A DNA stretch of 64,000 nucleotides from an uncultured Acidobacteriota bacterium (GTDB lineage Bacteria; Acidobacteriota; Thermoanaerobaculia; Multivoradales; UBA5704): the NCBI GenBank assembly GCA_963700145.1, contig OY969474.1:2176001-2240000 (forward strand), written 5' to 3'. Of this stretch, positions 63,590-64,000 are shown piece after piece. A model generated the notes under the pieces. The model searched no databases. It was not told where the DNA came from and saw nothing but the letters and a program-made list of their open reading frames with translations. Position 1 is the first letter of the stretch. The number at the start of each line of letters is the position of its first letter. Position numbers and translations under genes: made by a program.

Positions 63590-63616
63590 TCAAAGAGTCT
63601 AGCTACTAGGAGTCAA
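63590..63616 (-). promoter_or_regulatory. Possible MerR-family metal-responsive promoter/operator
   Basis: Minus strand reads TTGACT-C-CTAG-TAG-CTAG, a dyad right after a -35 box; -10 box unclear. Confidence 0.4.
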
Positions 63617-63620
63617 AATG

Positions 63621-63998
63621 TCAAGGCAAGAGGGGGAGCCAGCGCGCCCGCGCCAGGAGGGAGAGCCGGGCGACGAGGCCGAGCCGTGGCGGCGCGGCCA
63701 AGAGCTTCTCGTCCGCCTCCTCGACGCGCGCCAGGAGCGCCAGCCCGGCGAGCAGGGCAAAGGCCGCCGCCCGCCGCACCTCGGGCGGCAGCGCGGCCAC
63801 CGCGCGCGAGGCGGCGAGGAGGCGCGGCCGCAGCCGCTCGGCCTCGCGCCGCGCCGCCGCCAGCACCGCCGCCGGCGGCTGCGCCGACGCCTCGCGGTCG
63901 GCCGCCGGCAGCTCGCTCGCCGCGAGCGGCCAGCGGTTGGCCGCGACCGCCTCCCCGAGGTGCTGCAGGGCGTGCAGCCGGAGGAGCGCGCCGCCGAA
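63621..63998 (-). CDS. Degenerate squalene/phytoene synthase-like protein, 5' end outside window
   Basis: FGGALLRLHALQHLGEAVAANRWPLAASEL loosely follows the G.A.QL.N.LRD..ED...R.YLP pattern. Confidence 0.45.
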   Translation of the reverse strand, partial: FGGALLRLHALQHLGEAVAANRWPLAASELPAADREASAQPPAAVLAAARREAERLRPRLLAASRAVAALPPEVRRAAAFALLAGLALLARVEEADEKLLAAPPRLGLVARLSLLARARWLPLLP

Positions 63999-64000
63999 GG

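Noticed and set aside
59570-63998. Carotenoid/hopanoid biosynthetic cluster
   Set aside because: The GT2 and the degenerate synthase-like fragment are separated by unrelated genes, and the latter is truncated by the window edge.

Overview
High-GC bacterial chromosome segment. ADOP permeases, VWFA-type and FG-GAP/ASPIC proteins point to Acidobacteriota, probably Thermoanaerobaculia-like (inference). The backbone carries moaB, a TPR/FG-GAP protein with an MFP/ABC/ADOP export cluster, a stand-alone ketosynthase, a Ycf45-like AAA-R3H protein, an AI-2E transporter, a GldAFG-like ABC system, a CPA2 antiporter, methylmalonyl-CoA mutase, nrdJ with tandem NrdR boxes, OmpA, an archaeal-type GAPDH homologue, an RNase Z-like protein, an RlmD-like methyltransferase, an ECF sigma/VWA pair, a PTPS-III-type enzyme, a GT2, an Rdx selenoprotein missed by the ORF track, ArsR and a cupredoxin. 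The accessory content is five toxin-antitoxin modules within about 17 kb (two with broken toxins, one split by an IS256 with a 9-bp target duplication), a solitary PD-(D/E)XK-like protein and a low-GC WD40-HEPN fusion that is a candidate undescribed anti-phage sensor-effector. Two accessory slots are flanked by diverged partial copies of the neighbouring host gene. Non-coding structure includes a 12 x 21-bp palindromic array, a 3 x 42-bp array, REP-like hairpins and a twice-repeated, strongly self-complementary element of about 490 bp. No tRNA, rRNA or CRISPR array was recognised. All product calls come from motif recognition by eye, not from database searches.
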